Assembly (NCBI GenBank): GCA_043753995.1
Contig: JAYUVP010000234.1
Coordinates: 1-59,132 of the forward strand
From: Fibrobacterota bacterium
GTDB lineage: Bacteria; Fibrobacterota; Fibrobacteria; UBA11236
Direction: 5' to 3'
Length of the DNA stretch: 59,132 nt
Shown here: one piece after another, positions 57,154 through 59,132 of the stretch
Position numbering within the stretch: position 1 is the stretch's first letter
Layout of the letters: each line of letters starts with the position of its first letter
Notes under the pieces: generated by a model
Seen by the model: the letters and a program-made list of their open reading frames with translations, nothing else
What the model was told of the DNA's origin: nothing
Databases searched by the model: none
Program-made: the position numbers and the translations under genes

Positions 57154-57402
57154 AGTTTAGGTCAAATGTACGCCGTGGAACGAGCTGGGCAAACACGTGG
57201 TTTACTGCAATTGGGCCAAGTCGCCGTGTTTACTGGTGGCTCCGGGGATTTAACCTTCACTCGTCGCGAAATTGGCTTAAAAACGAAGCCCACGACGCGG
57301 TCAAAATGACCTAAATATCCGGATTTAACCATGCTTGGCTTTGGAAAGCCGGGGATAGGTTAGACCATACTTTGAGGGTGTACTAGGCTGAAGTTCAGGG
57401 GA

Positions 57403-58023
57403 ATGAGGATGACATTGCGAAAGCGGGATACTTTTGTGGCATCGACTATCGATAGCCGCGCGACCTACTTGGCCGACGTGGGGCAAAGGAATCCCTCTTT
57501 TGGAGTGAGTCAAATTCGGCCTTCGGCCATTCCTTCCCTCTTTGGAATCGGTGGCATTGACCTTTCGACCAAGGGTGACGGTGTGACCGGTACCCGGGGC
57601 TGCAGCCCAATAACCATTGGCGAAATCGGCGTTCATCCCGCCATGGCCAGAAGCCGCGGCCCCAATGATGGCCAAATGCTGGCGGGCGACGTTTATAAAG
57701 GCAGTACATCTGGTTATGGCAATTGGAGCTCCACCTGTCGTGGTCTGGGCATTCTGACCCAGACGGCCTCGGTTAATACGCCTGTGCAAAACGACGGAGC
57801 CGGTGCCAGTAACACCGATAACAATGTCGCCTATTACACTTTGAACCTGCCATTTATCCAGCCCTATTCCTTGGCTTTATTCGATGCCAAGGGCGGCAAG
57901 CTGATGGACATTTCGGGCAATAGCCCAGGTGATGTCAATTTAGGTGCGATGAAATCCGGTGTATATCTGCTGTCCGGCCAAGTCGATGGACTTGTCTGGC
58001 AGCGCAAGTTGTTTTTGAAATAA
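57403..58023 (+). CDS. Hypothetical protein ending in a secretion CTD-like domain, possibly a 5'-truncated relic
   Basis: C-terminal LALFDAKGG...GVYLL..V....RKL; no evident signal peptide. Confidence 0.5.
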   Translation: MRMTLRKRDTFVASTIDSRATYLADVGQRNPSFGVSQIRPSAIPSLFGIGGIDLSTKGDGVTGTRGCSPITIGEIGVHPAMARSRGPNDGQMLAGDVYKGSTSGYGNWSSTCRGLGILTQTASVNTPVQNDGAGASNTDNNVAYYTLNLPFIQPYSLALFDAKGGKLMDISGNSPGDVNLGAMKSGVYLLSGQVDGLVWQRKLFLK

Positions 58024-58043
58024 GGGTGTGGGGAGAAAGAACT

Positions 58044-59132
58044 ATGAACTACAAGAAATATAGCGGTTTAAAAGCAAGCCTTTTGCTCGCGGTCGCGATC
58101 AGCGGCGCAAACGCGGCGGCGGTGTACTTTCCGCCGGATATTCCTATGCCAGCGGATATTCTGGAACAATTTCAAATTCAGGGCGAATACTTCGGCGCCA
58201 TTGAGGGCGGCGAAAACCTTGGCGCCTGGGTTGTATCCAAGGGCAGTAACCGATACGACGTAAAGTATTTACCTAAGGGATTGGTTGCCATTCCGAATGC
58301 AGTGGGTGGCGGTTGGGACGGCAAGGTAAAGCACGAAATCGGTAATGTCGCGGCAACGGGATTCAATACCTCAAACGGTTACAAAGGGGTGTCTTCGGGC
58401 ACTGGGCTTGACCGCGTCATCAAGGGAACAACCCCTGATGGAAAAGCCTTCACCTTGAACAAGGTGGTTCGAAAAAGTCCAACCGAAGGCGTCGTCCCCA
58501 AAGCGGAGTGGGGCGCAAAGTTTTGGTTCCGAGAAAATACCCAGGCTGATTTAACGAATTGGACAGGCGGACAAGTTGTGATGAAGCATGGTGGCGGCCT
58601 CTATCGTGGCGTTACCTCCAAATCAACTCATGCTACGGTTTTCATGCATCTGGAAGTCAAGCAAGCTTTTTGCCCCACTGGCGTTGACCAAGGAAGAGGT
58701 AATAGTGGAGTCTACATGAAAAAAATGCATGAAATGCAGGTTTTAGATTCCTTTGGTTTAGATACAGCCAATAACCGTATGGGCGGCATCTATGGTGTTA
58801 GAACTCCCTTGATCAACTCCATCCTTCCCCCATTAAGCTGGCAAACCTATGATATCTATTACACGCCGACGGGTGGAAATGCCGCAACTATTACGGCTTA
58901 CTTGAATGGCGTTTTGGTTCAGAATGAGGCAAAAGTTTCCGTGATTACTCAGGGCGGAAGTGCTGGAAATAATGTCGATCTGCAAAATCACGATGCCGAC
59001 AGTGAGGTTGTTTATAGAAATATTTGGGTCGTCGATAATGCAACCCTTACTTCCGTTCCCTTTGCAAGCCTAGTGGGGGTAGTACCAATCAAGGTGGACA
59101 ATAAGAATCTCATTCGCCCACTACGGTCAGCG
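58044..59132 (+). CDS. Secreted DUF1080 (3-keto-glycoside hydrolase-like) protein, runs off the window
   Basis: Not in the ORF track; hand translation from ATG 58044 (GGGGAG RBS): signal peptide, QGEY, HLEV, QGRGNSGVY, EMQVLDSFG, GGIY, WQTYDI, LNGVLVQ, LQNH and YRNIWV. Confidence 0.88.
   Translation, partial: MNYKKYSGLKASLLLAVAISGANAAAVYFPPDIPMPADILEQFQIQGEYFGAIEGGENLGAWVVSKGSNRYDVKYLPKGLVAIPNAVGGGWDGKVKHEIGNVAATGFNTSNGYKGVSSGTGLDRVIKGTTPDGKAFTLNKVVRKSPTEGVVPKAEWGAKFWFRENTQADLTNWTGGQVVMKHGGGLYRGVTSKSTHATVFMHLEVKQAFCPTGVDQGRGNSGVYMKKMHEMQVLDSFGLDTANNRMGGIYGVRTPLINSILPPLSWQTYDIYYTPTGGNAATITAYLNGVLVQNEAKVSVITQGGSAGNNVDLQNHDADSEVVYRNIWVVDNATLTSVPFASLVGVVPIKVDNKNLIRPLRSA

Noticed and set aside
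1..59132. rRNA, tRNA, integrase, transposase or prophage genes
   Set aside because: None recognised; nearly all sequence is accounted for by protein-coding genes and short spacers.

Overview
Gene-dense, moderately GC-rich bacterial chromosomal segment, most likely Fibrobacterota (a TIGR02147-type gene, a fibro-slime protein and Fibrobacterota-like C-terminal sorting domains). All family assignments come from recognised motifs, not database searches. From left to right: two secreted esterases and a beta-propeller protein; a heavy-metal block (His-rich ORF plus czcCBA, a Cu(I) P1B-ATPase directly downstream of a CorE-like Cys-rich ECF sigma factor, and a FieF-like CDF); a TonB-dependent receptor operon with its own TtpC-type Ton motor and a 16-Cys lipoprotein; a caspase/beta-solenoid/beta-barrel protein; a rearranged aryl-polyene (APE)-type type II PKS/lipid cluster in two convergent operons; an ebo-like module (eboE, eboF, eboC); then fibro-slime, TIGR02147/lipoprotein and DUF1080 genes. 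The strongest novelty candidate is the ebo module. Its sugar-phosphate cyclase carries the signature motifs of 2-deoxy-scyllo-inosose synthase (BtrC type) rather than of EboD or AroB, no aminoglycoside genes are nearby, and it adjoins the APE export genes. No rRNA, tRNA, CRISPR array or intact mobile element was seen.
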